Origin: an archaeon
GTDB lineage: Archaea > EX4484-52 > WAPT01
DNA length: 64,000 nucleotides
Reading direction: 5' to 3'
Assembly (NCBI GenBank): GCA_029258795.1
Contig: JAPDKB010000007.1
Coordinates: 192,001 to 256,000 of the forward strand
Below the pieces are notes generated by a model that was not told where the DNA came from, did not search any database, and saw nothing but the letters and a program-made list of their open reading frames with translations. A program made the translations under genes and the position numbers. Shown here piece after piece: positions 9,466 to 20,007 of this stretch (position 1 is its first letter; each line of letters starts with the position of its first letter).

Positions 9466-12400
9466 TCAGTCACACCTCAAGCATCTCCCGTTAACGAGCC
9501 TCATGCCACATGATGGGCATCTTTCCTTGCTTTCTATGGCCTTCTTGAGATATGTGAGGTACTCATCTCTCGCTACGGGCTCAGTGAAATAGACCAAATC
9601 GGGTCTTCCTGCTGGCTCTGGTTGTTGCGTGGTTCTGGCCACTGTTACCGGCACATTCCCTGCCATAAGTGGAGGAGTTGCGGGGAGTGTTGGCGATTTA
9701 TACGTGGTGACACCTTTCGATTTTTCTGCATGAGTTCTTGCACGTGCGAAGGGGAGCAAGGAAGGTATGCTGAGCTTGCGCTTTCCGTAGGAGTAGGTGG
9801 TGGAAGAGCTCATCCTCGTGTAGTACATCAGTCCAAACAATCCGAGCAGTCCTAAGCTCACGATAACGATCAGCATCGTTTTCCATGGTTTGGCGGGCTT
9901 TTCTTTTGATTCAATAAGATAGCTCTCCATCTGGTTGAGGTAATTTGATGCTCTCGCTATTTTTTGCTGTGCCGCTTCATAATTTCCGCTCATGACGTCA
10001 TCTCTCGCTGATGCCAAAAGGGAGGAAGCTTCATCGTACAGCTGCTGGAGTTCCTGTGGAAGCGACTCTCGATTTATGGCTGTGAGCCTTCCAGCCATGT
10101 TGTCGATGGTGTTCATGAGTGTTTCATATACATCTTCTTGTGTTTCTTCTGATGCCTCTTCACTCACGATGTTTATTTGTGCTGTTGCTGTGGTGCTTAT
10201 CTGGTCAGATGTTATGAGTACGTAGATATCGCTAGAGTAGGAGTAGAGGCACAGGCTATACTCCAGCTCTACACTTTCATTGGGAAGCAGTGTGATCGGA
10301 CTGGATTCAAATGTTATGGAATGTGTGCTTGAAGTAACATCTTTCACCCGTAGATTTGTGATTATTTTCTTGCCCTTATTAGTAACACGAATCGTTCCGA
10401 TTGTGCATCCACCTACCGACACGGACACAGGCGTGGCATAAACGCTCAACTTATACTCATCTTCCTTTTCTGTTGGCTGAGTAACTACTGATGACGTTCC
10501 AGCAATGGAGGTTGTTGGCTCGTAACTCTTGCCATGCGAAGGCGTCGGACAGTAGAAGGACACATATATATCCTTCACTTCCTGATCCGTGAGGTTGAAA
10601 GCTTCCGTCTTAAAGTCGTTACATCTGGGCTTTGTTGCTTTTATCATTACATTTGTGGCTTGTGTTGTTGAGTTCAAAAGGACAAAATTCTCAGCTCCTT
10701 CTTCAGTAATATTTATGGTTTTCACCAGCGTTCCATTGGAATATACGTAAACCATGGTTCCTGCCTGCTGTGAGCTGCTCACAAGGATGTGTAAAATAGC
10801 ATAACCACTTGTCGAGTTTAGCACCAGCGTTAGATTATTACCTGCCTTTTCATTTCCGCCAGCTTTAACCTCAATCCATCTTGGCTCAGCGGGGAAATAT
10901 CCAGCTTTGTAAGCTGATAGCGCATTCATCTCAAGCGTATAGTTGCCGGGAGTCATTTCTCTGAAGAAAACCAGCCCGCTTCCATTTGTTTCTGCACAAG
11001 TCGTCGTGTTGAGGCAGAGCTGAATGTTGCTCAACGGTGTGCCAGTCGTATTAATAACATGGATTGAGTAGCGAGTTTCATTGAAGATTGCAGTTATATT
11101 TGCTATCTTGCCATGTTCATCGAGCTCCACGGCAGTTGGAGCTGAAACCGGGATATACGCATCACTCACAACGTAAGTGATGGTGTAATTACCAAGCGGA
11201 AGCCGTAAGAACTGAACTTTACCGTCTTGAGTCGCGTTTTCAAGCTCAAGTCCAAGCTCCGCATTCCTTATCTTCACCTTTCCATCAAAGCTCTCGTTGA
11301 GATCGTTACTCAAATTAATTATGATAGATGTTGGTTGAAGTTCAATCGTTATTTCCTCAACCTTCCCGCTCTCCATAAAATGATGGACATGGGCTGTGCC
11401 GTAGTTTTCCTCAGTTCCATCAAACACGAAGGTGTAGTTACCCTGACCTAGAAACACAACAGCTTCGCCGTCCTCATTGCTCACCACATGACACAAGTCT
11501 GGCTGTGAGGTTCCAACAAGATAACAAGATATAGAAACGTTTGGGATTGGCATTCGTGTTATGGAATCCACTACTTTTATCCTCATCTCTGACTCGCCGG
11601 CAGTGTAAAGATAAACGCTCTGATTTATGATCTCGTACGTTGTTGACGGAATCTTTATTGGCTGAGGAGCGTTGTATCCTGCAGTCATCACTTCCAAATA
11701 AGACACACCATAATATGGATTAAATCTACCTTCAAGGAGGTTACCTTCCTTCCAGTAAGCTGTGTAAAGAGGAGATCCTACTTCATCAGTTAGCGTGAAG
11801 TTCGCAATTCTGATCTCAACATTTATCGGATCGCCTGTTTTTGCATCGTAAAGATAGATGTAAGATTTTCCAATCGGGACCATTGGAATTATGAAGTTCT
11901 TACTCTCGCCATCTGAAAAGGTTATGAGGTGTGTTTCAGCACTTTCATTATAGTAAGTGTAAGTTTCATAACCCTCCTTGACCACAACGAGCTTGTAGTG
12001 CTGCAGCTCAGCATTTCCCTCCACAGGTGAGCCGAGGGTGTAGGGTGATACTCTTGCATAAAAGTTTCCTGCCGTGTCAGTATGCAATACATATCTTGCC
12101 TGCTGGTCTAATGTTGGGGAAGCATCATAAAGGTAGATGGTGGCGTTGTATATGTTCTTTCTCGAATCAAGGGGATTTATAAAGTAAAGGTCATATACGT
12201 GCCCGCTTATCTCCGCAGTACCGTTCAGATATATTCGGAATGCTGGCTTTATGCCGTAACCGTCCACAACATCATCCAGATAGCTACCTGAAAACCTGAT
12301 TCCCAAATCCTTGGAATTGTAGCTCTCGTAACCTCTAGCGCGTATCAGAACATAATACCGTTTCTGCCCGTCGATACTCAATTTCAAGTGACCGCTTGAA

Positions 12401-15400
12401 GTTGTATTTCCTGCATTCATCTTGAGCCATCCAACCATGAACGCATTTTCTATTATCAACACACCGTAACCCATGGATGTGCCATTAATCACAACATCAA
12501 ACGCATCGGAGGTAACATTGAACGTTGCTTTTCCGCTTGAGTTGGTGTAATTAACATATTCATTTCCTGTAAGGTGAGATATTAGCTTTACAGTGACGTT
12601 TTCAAAAACATTATTTCCTTCTTCATCAACCACAGTTATGGTAATTATAAATCTGTCGTCACTTATGTTCATCGGTTCGAAGGGTGATGATCCCTCCACA
12701 ACATCTGGATCTAGAGCCACAATTTTATGCTCTCCGGTATCGATGTCAATTAGGGTCCAATTTATGGTTCCGCTCTTGTTTACAGTTAAATTACAGTTAT
12801 TGCAGGGGAGCAACCTTCTGAAAATCACCCTACCATTGCTGTCAGTTGTACCATTTACATAGTTGCCGAGAGCGTCTTTTGCAACTCTCCACTCCCCACT
12901 AACATTTTCAAACAGAGTGACCAATGCCCCACTTACGGGATCTCCTTCTGGAGTGTGTACAGTAACGTTCAGCGTCGTGATATTCAGTTTAACATTTAGC
13001 ACGCCTCCCCAGACAACGTTGTAATCATCAAAATTGGCATTCCCGTATCCTTTGTCTTCTCCGATGACTGTTATATCGTATTTTGTATTGTTTTTGAGGT
13101 CCGTGAATCTCGCAATACCGGTAGTGGTGTTTTTCTCTGTCTGATAGTCCGTGCCAGTTACTATAACTGTGATGTTATCGAGAGGATTACCATTCTCGTC
13201 AGTGACATTAACTGTAAAGGTGCTGTCCACTATAGTGAAGGTGTAATTAACCTCCGTGGTGCAGTTTTTGTTTAGATCGCATATGGTTATGTTCCATCTC
13301 CAATTACCGCAACTGAATAGCATAGATGCGGTGTGATTTGTAGAAAATACATTAGAGGTCCATTTGTATGAATTGCTGCCGTTGTAGAACACTACAGAGA
13401 TATTGGTAGATTCGCTTGTAGAGATATTTATTTTGAGACTTATCGGTCCCCTTGAACATGGAGCGCCCAGTACTGTATTGTTCTCCGGCTCAACGGATGT
13501 AACGGACGGAAGCCTGTAATCAACTTTGATGTAATTGTTTCCCGAAAACACGAGAACAGTATTATTGACATCAGGATATCCCAATTTGGTTATAGTGAGT
13601 GTATAGAGTGTTGGTATGACGCCTGAGAATTCCACCTTACCTTCGGTGTCAGTGAGATCCGTTAGCGGTGCACCCGTTTGGTTAAAAGCAATACCGCTTT
13701 CATTCCAGAAAGTAACATTTGCATTGCTTATCTTAGTTGTGCCGTTCACAACTTCAACCAGTACATCTGTAGTGCTATTTGCAAGGATAAAGAAGACCAC
13801 ACTGTTGTTACAGTTGTTGGATTCATCGCACACTTTTATTTTCCATTTCCATGTACCGCAGATAAGTGCTATTTTACGTGTGTGGTTGGTGCGGAGTTCC
13901 GTATCATTGAAGTAATTTAACGGTGTGCTCTCCTGATCCTTGTAGAATTCTGAATAGAGAGTCGTGTTCTCATTTGTTGCGACCCAGTAGGTCATTTTCT
14001 CTGGAGAGTCTTGATTACAGTCAATGATTACGAAGGAATTGTTTTTGGGGTTGGTGCCCACTATCAATGGAGGGTATATATCTAAAGTCACGTTATTCTC
14101 GCCTTCACGAACGGTAATAGATTTTTCGTAGTGATGCTGTGTGGGGGAATAAACATCAACAGTGAGCTTGTAAGTGTATGGTTGAAGCATATCGAAAAGC
14201 ACGCTTCCGTCTGATGATGTAAGTGATGTTAGTGGAGTCCCAGCAGTGTTCCTTGCTATAGATGAGCCGTTCCAGAGTGTGACATTTGCGTTTGCTATGG
14301 GTTTGACACCATTCGTGATTACGACTTTCAGATAGGTTCGAACGAAGTTAATCGTGTAGTTGTTCTTCTTACCCGCCATATCGGTAGTGAGCGTGTAGGT
14401 ATCATATTTTATTCCACATCCCTGCGATACAGCGTCCACTTTTATTCTGTATGCGCCGACTGGTACGAACTTGAACATGACTGATCCATTATCATTTGTT
14501 GTTGCTGTGAATCTGCACAGATTTCTTGTTGCTTGTGCTGGGGTGCATCCGTCTGTCTTGTTCATCTCCACCAAAATTCCGCTGTGAGAACACCCGGTGG
14601 TGTTAATAGTTAGATTCAGTGTTGTTATGTTGAGGCCCTGAGTTTCGTATTCTCCCTTTTCATCAGTTCTGAAGAACAAAATTACTTCAGCGTTTGGAAT
14701 AGGTTTGTTGTTATAATAATCGTAAACGAACGTCTCAAAGTAAGCTTTCAATTTTATTGAATTTTCTCCTGTAAAATTGTAGTTGGGTGGGTAAACCTTA
14801 CTATAACCGTCCCATGCAAGGTATCCGTGTTGATAAGCTCTGATCTTGTACTGTGTGGTGTTGTCAACGTGAATGGTGAAGCTTCCGTCGATGTTCTTTT
14901 TCTGATATATGAGTTCACCGGTATCCGGCAGATAGAGCTCAACCGTGGCGTTGTGCAGCGGCTCTCCTGAGTATGCATCCACCAAGCTACCTTTTATGGT
15001 GCCTGCACCTCTCAGCTTATGAACTGTCCACATGTTTATGAATGCTGTACCGGTCTCGTTTTTCGTTAGATAACCTTCTTTACTGAAATTGATGATATAA
15101 TTCGAGGTAACACCCAGATAGGCATCGAAATAACCATCTCCATCCGTCATAAAGACATAGCGCAATATCGTGGTGTTACTGGAGTTTTCCTTTATTTCAA
15201 TTCTAACGTTGGAGAGGGGCCGATCATTTTCTTCATCTATTACATATCCGTGAAAATGAGTGTATCCTCTCAAAACAAAGTTCTTAGTTACGGTATCTCT
15301 ATCGATTATTAAATCGTAATAGGGACTGCTATTGTAACCGAGTCGAGAAGCTTGAATACGAATCATTTTATCCTTAGGCACCCTTATGGAATATGCTCCG

Positions 15401-18400
15401 TTTTTATCTCCCACCACTACAGGATAAATTTCTTTACCGTTTATATTGAATTCAACTTTAATTTTCGGATTTGGTATATTACAGGGATTAACATAAAGTA
15501 TTCTGGAATCGCTACAAGCTTCGTCCCTAACAACTCCTTTAATAACTGATCTTCCCTCCAGAACAAGATCCACACTCAAGAAATCGGTTCCCCTACCATC
15601 CACAGAAATGGTGGTGTGGTTGTAACCTTCCTCGGTTCCATTAGCTGTTATCTTGTATATCTCGTTGCCTTTAACATAAAGCGAGAAATTACCTCCGTAA
15701 CTTGAGGTTACATCATAGCAGTATGCTAATCCTGAGGATGGGCAAAGTTTAATCGGTATCAATGGGAGAGTTATTGTGGCATTGTTTTCATCTCTATTAA
15801 CGTCCAGCACTCTACCGGATATGTAGAGTGTGCCCTCTAGGTAGTATGTGCCATTGATATCCCCAACTGCATACAGTTGTAACGGTTTGTAACCACTGTC
15901 CGAACCCCCTACTATTAGTGTATAATAGTTGTTTTCACGGATGTAAGCATCCACAAAACCTTCCGAATCAGTATAGAAATTGTATGTTGCGTATTGAGGA
16001 TAATTGAATCCGAAATTATCCAGTTCCTCGATTTTAACATTAATTCCTGGAACTGGTTTATTGCTGTAAAAATCCAACAATTTAATTTTAACATGAATGG
16101 CACCTCTCATGAAAAATGGTGGTAAATATCTCGTGCCGTTTTCCGATATCGTGTAACCAGAACCTTCATTCGTAAAGTTCGCTGCAAAATAACCATCTCT
16201 CTGCGCTTCAATTACGAATCCGTGTTCATCAAGCATGTACGGAGGAACATATATTTCCCAGTCGCCGCTATCGTTTGAAATGGTGGAGTAATTGTACCCA
16301 TATTCTTCTCCCACAAAACCTCCTATGCCGTTAGGAGTCCACTTTCTGAGCGTAACATGTGCTCCGCTAACTCCTAAATCTGTATTAAACTCATCAACAA
16401 GCCGACCCCTCATGAGATAATTTCCTTTCAAGGTTATACTACCCAAATCCTTCTCTTCGCCTTCCATAACACAGTAACTTGTAAATGTTTCATTCCTTGT
16501 TCTGTAACCGTATCTCTCAACAACCAATCTGTAGCAGTATGGAAATCCTTCATCCACATACCCGCCTCTAACAAAAATCCAGGCAAAGCCGCTACTGTTC
16601 GTTACTGTAGTGAAGTTCGTGCTTTCAGACAGTACAAAAGTGACCGTGGCATTGTCCAGAGGCATTCCATTCTGGTAATCCACAACTCTCATTTTGAAAC
16701 TTGCGAGTCCGCGTTTGTAAACATAAAAGGTGTAATTGTTCAGTTCTGTGGAGGCGGTGAAATTCCATCTTCTCATGATGAAGTTCGTTCCCGCGTCCAC
16801 CTCAAGGGTGTAATCGAACGTGCCCCTTATGCGCAAGGAGAAATATCCTTCATCATCCGTCTGAAGAACGTACTCCACCATGCCTGTCTGGTTGTTTATT
16901 ATTCTGACTGTGGCGTTGGAGATTGTCAAAAATCCGTACTCGCTAATACCTATAACTTTCCCGTTGATTGTTGTGTTTCCAAAAATCGGCACTGTGAGAT
17001 TATTCGTTGTGGAAAGATTGATATTCGTCAAAACGGTCGTTATATACCCTTCCTTATCTGCGTATATGTTGTAGAGGAGAGTTTTGTCTACAAAAACGGT
17101 GGTTTTTCCGTCCGCATTGGTGGGTTGGGTTATTGATAATCCAAATGGGTATCCTGTGACAGTCACACTCACCCCACTTACAGGTTGGAGGTTCTCGCCA
17201 TCAATAACAGTGATGTTTAACGGTGTTGTTGACACATCAAAGACGAGGAAACTCGAGTTGGTCCAGCCAGCTGAATCAACAGCATAGACTGTTATGTTGT
17301 GGATACCGTCATTAAAAGTTAGAGTAGTTGTTCCTCCAAAACAATTTGTGCAAAGGGTGAAGACGGTGCCATTGCTGTCTATTTCGTAAGTTATGTTGGC
17401 CGGAGTTGTGTCTGAAATTGAGATGTTTAAGTCGAGGACATTTGTGGTGTATATAGTGGTGTTTTGTGGTGAGAGGATATCAATAACGGGGGGTGTTGTG
17501 TCAACAGTTACTGTTATGGTGCTTGAGTTCACCCATCCTGCTGAATCTGTGGCATAAACCGTTATGGTGTGAGTACCATCTTGCAATGTCAAGGTTGTTG
17601 CTGCATTAGAACAGTCATTACAAAGGGTGAAAATTGTACCGTTGTTATCGATTTCGTAGGTTATGTTAGTGGATGTCAGGTCTGAGACCGAAACATTGAG
17701 CATAATGTTACTGGTGTTCACAACAGAATTATTTTGAGGAGAATTAATGTGGATTACGGGCGGGGTAGTATCAACCGTCACCACCATAGTTCCTGTTGTG
17801 TTAAGGGTGGTGGAATTGTCCTCCACCCATATAGCAAATGTGTGAGTTCCATCACTCAGGTTGAAAGGAATAATAAGATACTCCCATCGAGTTGTGTTTA
17901 ATTTTGCAAGATAGCTTAAGGAAAATATCTTTATTATTTCATCCTCACTCAAAGTTCGATTATATATACGGAGTTCATCCACAATACCGTTAGCAGCATC
18001 CGTGCCTGCAAGCCGTCTGCCTATCCTTAAAGGATCGTTTGAAACGTCCATAAGCCCTCTGTTAGGCGCTGTAATTACAAAGAGTTGCGGAGCATCTTCC
18101 TCCAGAATAATCAATTTGGTTGTTGTTGAGTTTCGCGAAATTGCTACGAAATACGCGTCATGAAAGAGATTTAATGGGTACTGTATCTCCTTATCAAACT
18201 CCCCACTTACATATGTGTAGAATGTCAGATAGCCGTTCGAATCTACAAAGAGGTAATATGACCCATTTTTTTCAACGATAGTATGGTTTAAACCCGTTTC
18301 ACCAACGGAAATCCATGCCATAATGGTAAGCTCATCAGTAATATGTAAACTTGGCGAATCATCAATCTCTATATAATCATCTACTCCATCAAACTCAACT

Positions 18401-18774
18401 CCTCTGAGTACTACATCAACATAGTTCGGACATGTTCCCGCCGTTGCATTACACGTACCGTTGTTTCCATAAAGAGAAATGTCTACAAACTTACTATTAT
18501 TCTCACCTATGGCGGAGATGTTGTTGAAGCCCAGATAGAGCACAAGGGAAGCATCATAGATGGAGTAATTCGCGCCATCCAGCGTGAGATTCAGCTGCGT
18601 CATGTTCACTGCCTCAACACTTGAGTTGACCTCGAACCACGAGTGGTTCAGTATCGAGTTGTTGGAAGGAGTTGGTGGGACGAAAGTTGCAACCGGCAGC
18701 GCTAATGCTGCTTCTGCAGAGATCAACAGGAGTAATAGCAGTATCGCCGCGCCTCCTGCTCGCTTTCTACTCAT
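9466..18774 (-). CDS. Giant (~3100 aa) cell-surface protein: signal peptide, LamG/ConA-like domain, tandem Ig-like and carboxypeptidase-regulatory-like beta-sandwich repeats, C-terminal TM and Cys4 tail
   Basis: FDGVDDYI...VDELRIYNRTLS (LamG); VDTTPPVI repeats; many 'P+.NA.V...TD..G.F' repeats; abundant NxS/T; TM TMLIVIVSLGLLGLFGLMYY; terminal CPSC...CLRC; start at ATG 18774 assumed. Confidence 0.85.
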   Translation of the reverse strand: MSRKRAGGAAILLLLLLISAEAALALPVATFVPPTPSNNSILNHSWFEVNSSVEAVNMTQLNLTLDGANYSIYDASLVLYLGFNNISAIGENNSKFVDISLYGNNGTCNATAGTCPNYVDVVLRGVEFDGVDDYIEIDDSPSLHITDELTIMAWISVGETGLNHTIVEKNGSYYLFVDSNGYLTFYTYVSGEFDKEIQYPLNLFHDAYFVAISRNSTTTKLIILEEDAPQLFVITAPNRGLMDVSNDPLRIGRRLAGTDAANGIVDELRIYNRTLSEDEIIKIFSLSYLAKLNTTRWEYLIIPFNLSDGTHTFAIWVEDNSTTLNTTGTMVVTVDTTPPVIHINSPQNNSVVNTSNIMLNVSVSDLTSTNITYEIDNNGTIFTLCNDCSNAATTLTLQDGTHTITVYATDSAGWVNSSTITVTVDTTPPVIDILSPQNTTIYTTNVLDLNISISDTTPANITYEIDSNGTVFTLCTNCFGGTTTLTFNDGIHNITVYAVDSAGWTNSSFLVFDVSTTPLNITVIDGENLQPVSGVSVTVTGYPFGLSITQPTNADGKTTVFVDKTLLYNIYADKEGYITTVLTNINLSTTNNLTVPIFGNTTINGKVIGISEYGFLTISNATVRIINNQTGMVEYVLQTDDEGYFSLRIRGTFDYTLEVDAGTNFIMRRWNFTASTELNNYTFYVYKRGLASFKMRVVDYQNGMPLDNATVTFVLSESTNFTTVTNSSGFAWIFVRGGYVDEGFPYCYRLVVERYGYRTRNETFTSYCVMEGEEKDLGSITLKGNYLMRGRLVDEFNTDLGVSGAHVTLRKWTPNGIGGFVGEEYGYNYSTISNDSGDWEIYVPPYMLDEHGFVIEAQRDGYFAANFTNEGSGYTISENGTRYLPPFFMRGAIHVKIKLLDFYSNKPVPGINVKIEELDNFGFNYPQYATYNFYTDSEGFVDAYIRENNYYTLIVGGSDSGYKPLQLYAVGDINGTYYLEGTLYISGRVLDVNRDENNATITLPLIPIKLCPSSGLAYCYDVTSSYGGNFSLYVKGNEIYKITANGTEEGYNHTTISVDGRGTDFLSVDLVLEGRSVIKGVVRDEACSDSRILYVNPCNIPNPKIKVEFNINGKEIYPVVVGDKNGAYSIRVPKDKMIRIQASRLGYNSSPYYDLIIDRDTVTKNFVLRGYTHFHGYVIDEENDRPLSNVRIEIKENSSNTTILRYVFMTDGDGYFDAYLGVTSNYIINFSKEGYLTKNETGTAFINMWTVHKLRGAGTIKGSLVDAYSGEPLHNATVELYLPDTGELIYQKKNIDGSFTIHVDNTTQYKIRAYQHGYLAWDGYSKVYPPNYNFTGENSIKLKAYFETFVYDYYNNKPIPNAEVILFFRTDEKGEYETQGLNITTLNLTINTTGCSHSGILVEMNKTDGCTPAQATRNLCRFTATTNDNGSVMFKFVPVGAYRIKVDAVSQGCGIKYDTYTLTTDMAGKKNNYTINFVRTYLKVVITNGVKPIANANVTLWNGSSIARNTAGTPLTSLTSSDGSVLFDMLQPYTYKLTVDVYSPTQHHYEKSITVREGENNVTLDIYPPLIVGTNPKNNSFVIIDCNQDSPEKMTYWVATNENTTLYSEFYKDQESTPLNYFNDTELRTNHTRKIALICGTWKWKIKVCDESNNCNNSVVFFILANSTTDVLVEVVNGTTKISNANVTFWNESGIAFNQTGAPLTDLTDTEGKVEFSGVIPTLYTLTITKLGYPDVNNTVLVFSGNNYIKVDYRLPSVTSVEPENNTVLGAPCSRGPISLKINISTSESTNISVVFYNGSNSYKWTSNVFSTNHTASMLFSCGNWRWNITICDLNKNCTTEVNYTFTIVDSTFTVNVTDENGNPLDNITVIVTGTDYQTEKNTTTGIARFTDLKNNTKYDITVIGEDKGYGNANFDDYNVVWGGVLNVKLNITTLNVTVHTPEGDPVSGALVTLFENVSGEWRVAKDALGNYVNGTTDSNGRVIFRRLLPCNNCNLTVNKSGTINWTLIDIDTGEHKIVALDPDVVEGSSPFEPMNISDDRFIITITVVDEEGNNVFENVTVKLISHLTGNEYVNYTNSSGKATFNVTSDAFDVVINGTSMGYGVLIIENAFMVGWLKMNAGNTTSSGHLKLSIDGQKRYYVLIRARGYESYNSKDLGIRFSGSYLDDVVDGYGIKPAFRIYLNGTAEISGHVYDLYFINPLDSRKNIYNATIYLYDASPTLDQQARYVLHTDTAGNFYARVSPYTLGSPVEGNAELQHYKLVVVKEGYETYTYYNESAETHLITFSDGESKNFIIPMVPIGKSYIYLYDAKTGDPINVEIRIANFTLTDEVGSPLYTAYWKEGNLLEGRFNPYYGVSYLEVMTAGYNAPQPIKIPSTTYEIINQSVYLYTAGESEMRIKVVDSITRMPIPNVSISCYLVGTSQPDLCHVVSNEDGEAVVFLGQGNYTFVFDGTEENYGTAHVHHFMESGKVEEITIELQPTSIIINLSNDLNESFDGKVKIRNAELGLELENATQDGKVQFLRLPLGNYTITYVVSDAYIPVSAPTAVELDEHGKIANITAIFNETRYSIHVINTTGTPLSNIQLCLNTTTCAETNGSGLVFFREMTPGNYTLEMNALSAYKAGYFPAEPRWIEVKAGGNEKAGNNLTLVLNSTSGYAILHILVSSSQQAGTMVYVYSNGTLVKTINITEEGAENFVLLNSTTQATNVMIKATKPRCNDFKTEAFNLTDQEVKDIYVSFYCPTPSHGKSYEPTTSIAGTSSVVTQPTEKEDEYKLSVYATPVSVSVGGCTIGTIRVTNKGKKIITNLRVKDVTSSTHSITFESSPITLLPNESVELEYSLCLYSYSSDIYVLITSDQISTTATAQINIVSEEASEETQEDVYETLMNTIDNMAGRLTAINRESLPQELQQLYDEASSLLASARDDVMSGNYEAAQQKIARASNYLNQMESYLIESKEKPAKPWKTMLIVIVSLGLLGLFGLMYYTRMSSSTTYSYGKRKLSIPSLLPFARARTHAEKSKGVTTYKSPTLPATPPLMAGNVPVTVARTTQQPEPAGRPDLVYFTEPVARDEYLTYLKKAIESKERCPSCGMRLVNGRCLRCD

Positions 18775-18781
18775 GAACTCT

Positions 18782-19006
18782 CTACTCTTCTTCCTCCTCA
18801 TTCACCACACCAACACCACTCACAACATGTTTCGGCAAGTAAACATGCGCTCTGCCAACCACCACCCTCTCAAGCAGTCCCTGCTGCCTCATTGCTTCCA
18901 GATACCCCGTCAAGAATTCTCTTCTAAGCTTGAGACGTTTGGCTAGTTCAGAAACAGACATGGGCTTCCTTGAGAGCTCTTCCATTATCCTCTCATGAAT
19001 CTCCAT
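18782..19006 (-). CDS. Small winged-helix DNA-binding protein
   Basis: IMEELSRKPMSVSELAKRLKLRREFLTGYLEAMRQQGLLER..VGRAHVY pattern; ends 7 nt before the giant gene start. Confidence 0.75.
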   Translation of the reverse strand: MEIHERIMEELSRKPMSVSELAKRLKLRREFLTGYLEAMRQQGLLERVVVGRAHVYLPKHVVSGVGVVNEEEEE

Positions 19007-19179
19007 CCAACATCACAAAACCGCACTTGTTCTCTTTATCTCTATACCTCAAGCACTCGAGTTAATGAGTTAAAGGACAAAAAGCCCTATATAAAGATTT
19101 CCATATTGCCGTCAATATGATGTGCAAGCTTTGCGACAAATTCGCTTATAATAAAAATTTTACCCACGAAGGTCTTATC

Positions 19180-19872
19180 ATGCTAATAATAGGCACGAAC
19201 ACGGAAGACGCTTGGAGAAAGGCCGTTAAAGCTGTGATGGAACACGGCAGAACCATAGTTAGTGAAGATGGTGATGAAACTAAGGAGATAATAGGGCTTG
19301 CGGTGAGGATACTCAAACCCACCATAAGCATAGATAAAGCTCCACCCGAATACCCATTCCATGGAAAAGCTCTGCAGGATTATGTTGATCAGCTCATGAC
19401 ACCTGAAAACAGATGGGGCTTTGAGTACACTTATGGTGAGCGTATATGGAACTGGAACAATCAGGTCAATCAGGTTGAAGCGATAATTGAGCGGCTTGCT
19501 AAGAGTCCTTTCAGCAGGCGTGCGGTCATTGACCTCACCATTCCCACCATGGACCACTTTCCCGAAAAGATAAGAGATCCTCCCTGCCTCAGAGTTATCT
19601 GCTTTAACATAAGGGAGGAGAAGGAAGCGCCAATGCTGCCTGCGGTAAAGAAACTTCACACGGACGTGCTCTTCAGAAGCCACGATATATTTGGAGCAAG
19701 CTATGCGAACTGGGTGGCGCTCGCTCACCTTCAAAAACATGTTGCTGATGAAGTTGGAAGACGGAGAGGAGAGCGGATATTCATGGGAGAGCTGCACAGC
19801 TATTCCGTCTCAGCCCATATTTATGGCAGGGATTTTGAGATGGCCGATAGGGTTGCAAGGTCAACTAATTGA
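19180..19872 (+). CDS. thyA: Archaeal-type thymidylate synthase (ThyA-like)
   Basis: FEYTYGERI, SRRAV, PPCL (catalytic Cys), FRSHD, AN (dUMP-selecting Asn), SAHIY; start at ATG 19180 assumed. Confidence 0.9.
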   Translation: MLIIGTNTEDAWRKAVKAVMEHGRTIVSEDGDETKEIIGLAVRILKPTISIDKAPPEYPFHGKALQDYVDQLMTPENRWGFEYTYGERIWNWNNQVNQVEAIIERLAKSPFSRRAVIDLTIPTMDHFPEKIRDPPCLRVICFNIREEKEAPMLPAVKKLHTDVLFRSHDIFGASYANWVALAHLQKHVADEVGRRRGERIFMGELHSYSVSAHIYGRDFEMADRVARSTN

Positions 19873-20007
19873 ATTCTTTAGCTCAAACTGGATTAACTTA
19901 AGGTGAAATGATGGCTGGTCATACTGTGGAAGTGCTGGCAAAAAAATGGAGAGATATCGAGAAGATACTTTACAGAAGTTATATATGGAGTTACGTGTGC
20001 TGAAGTC

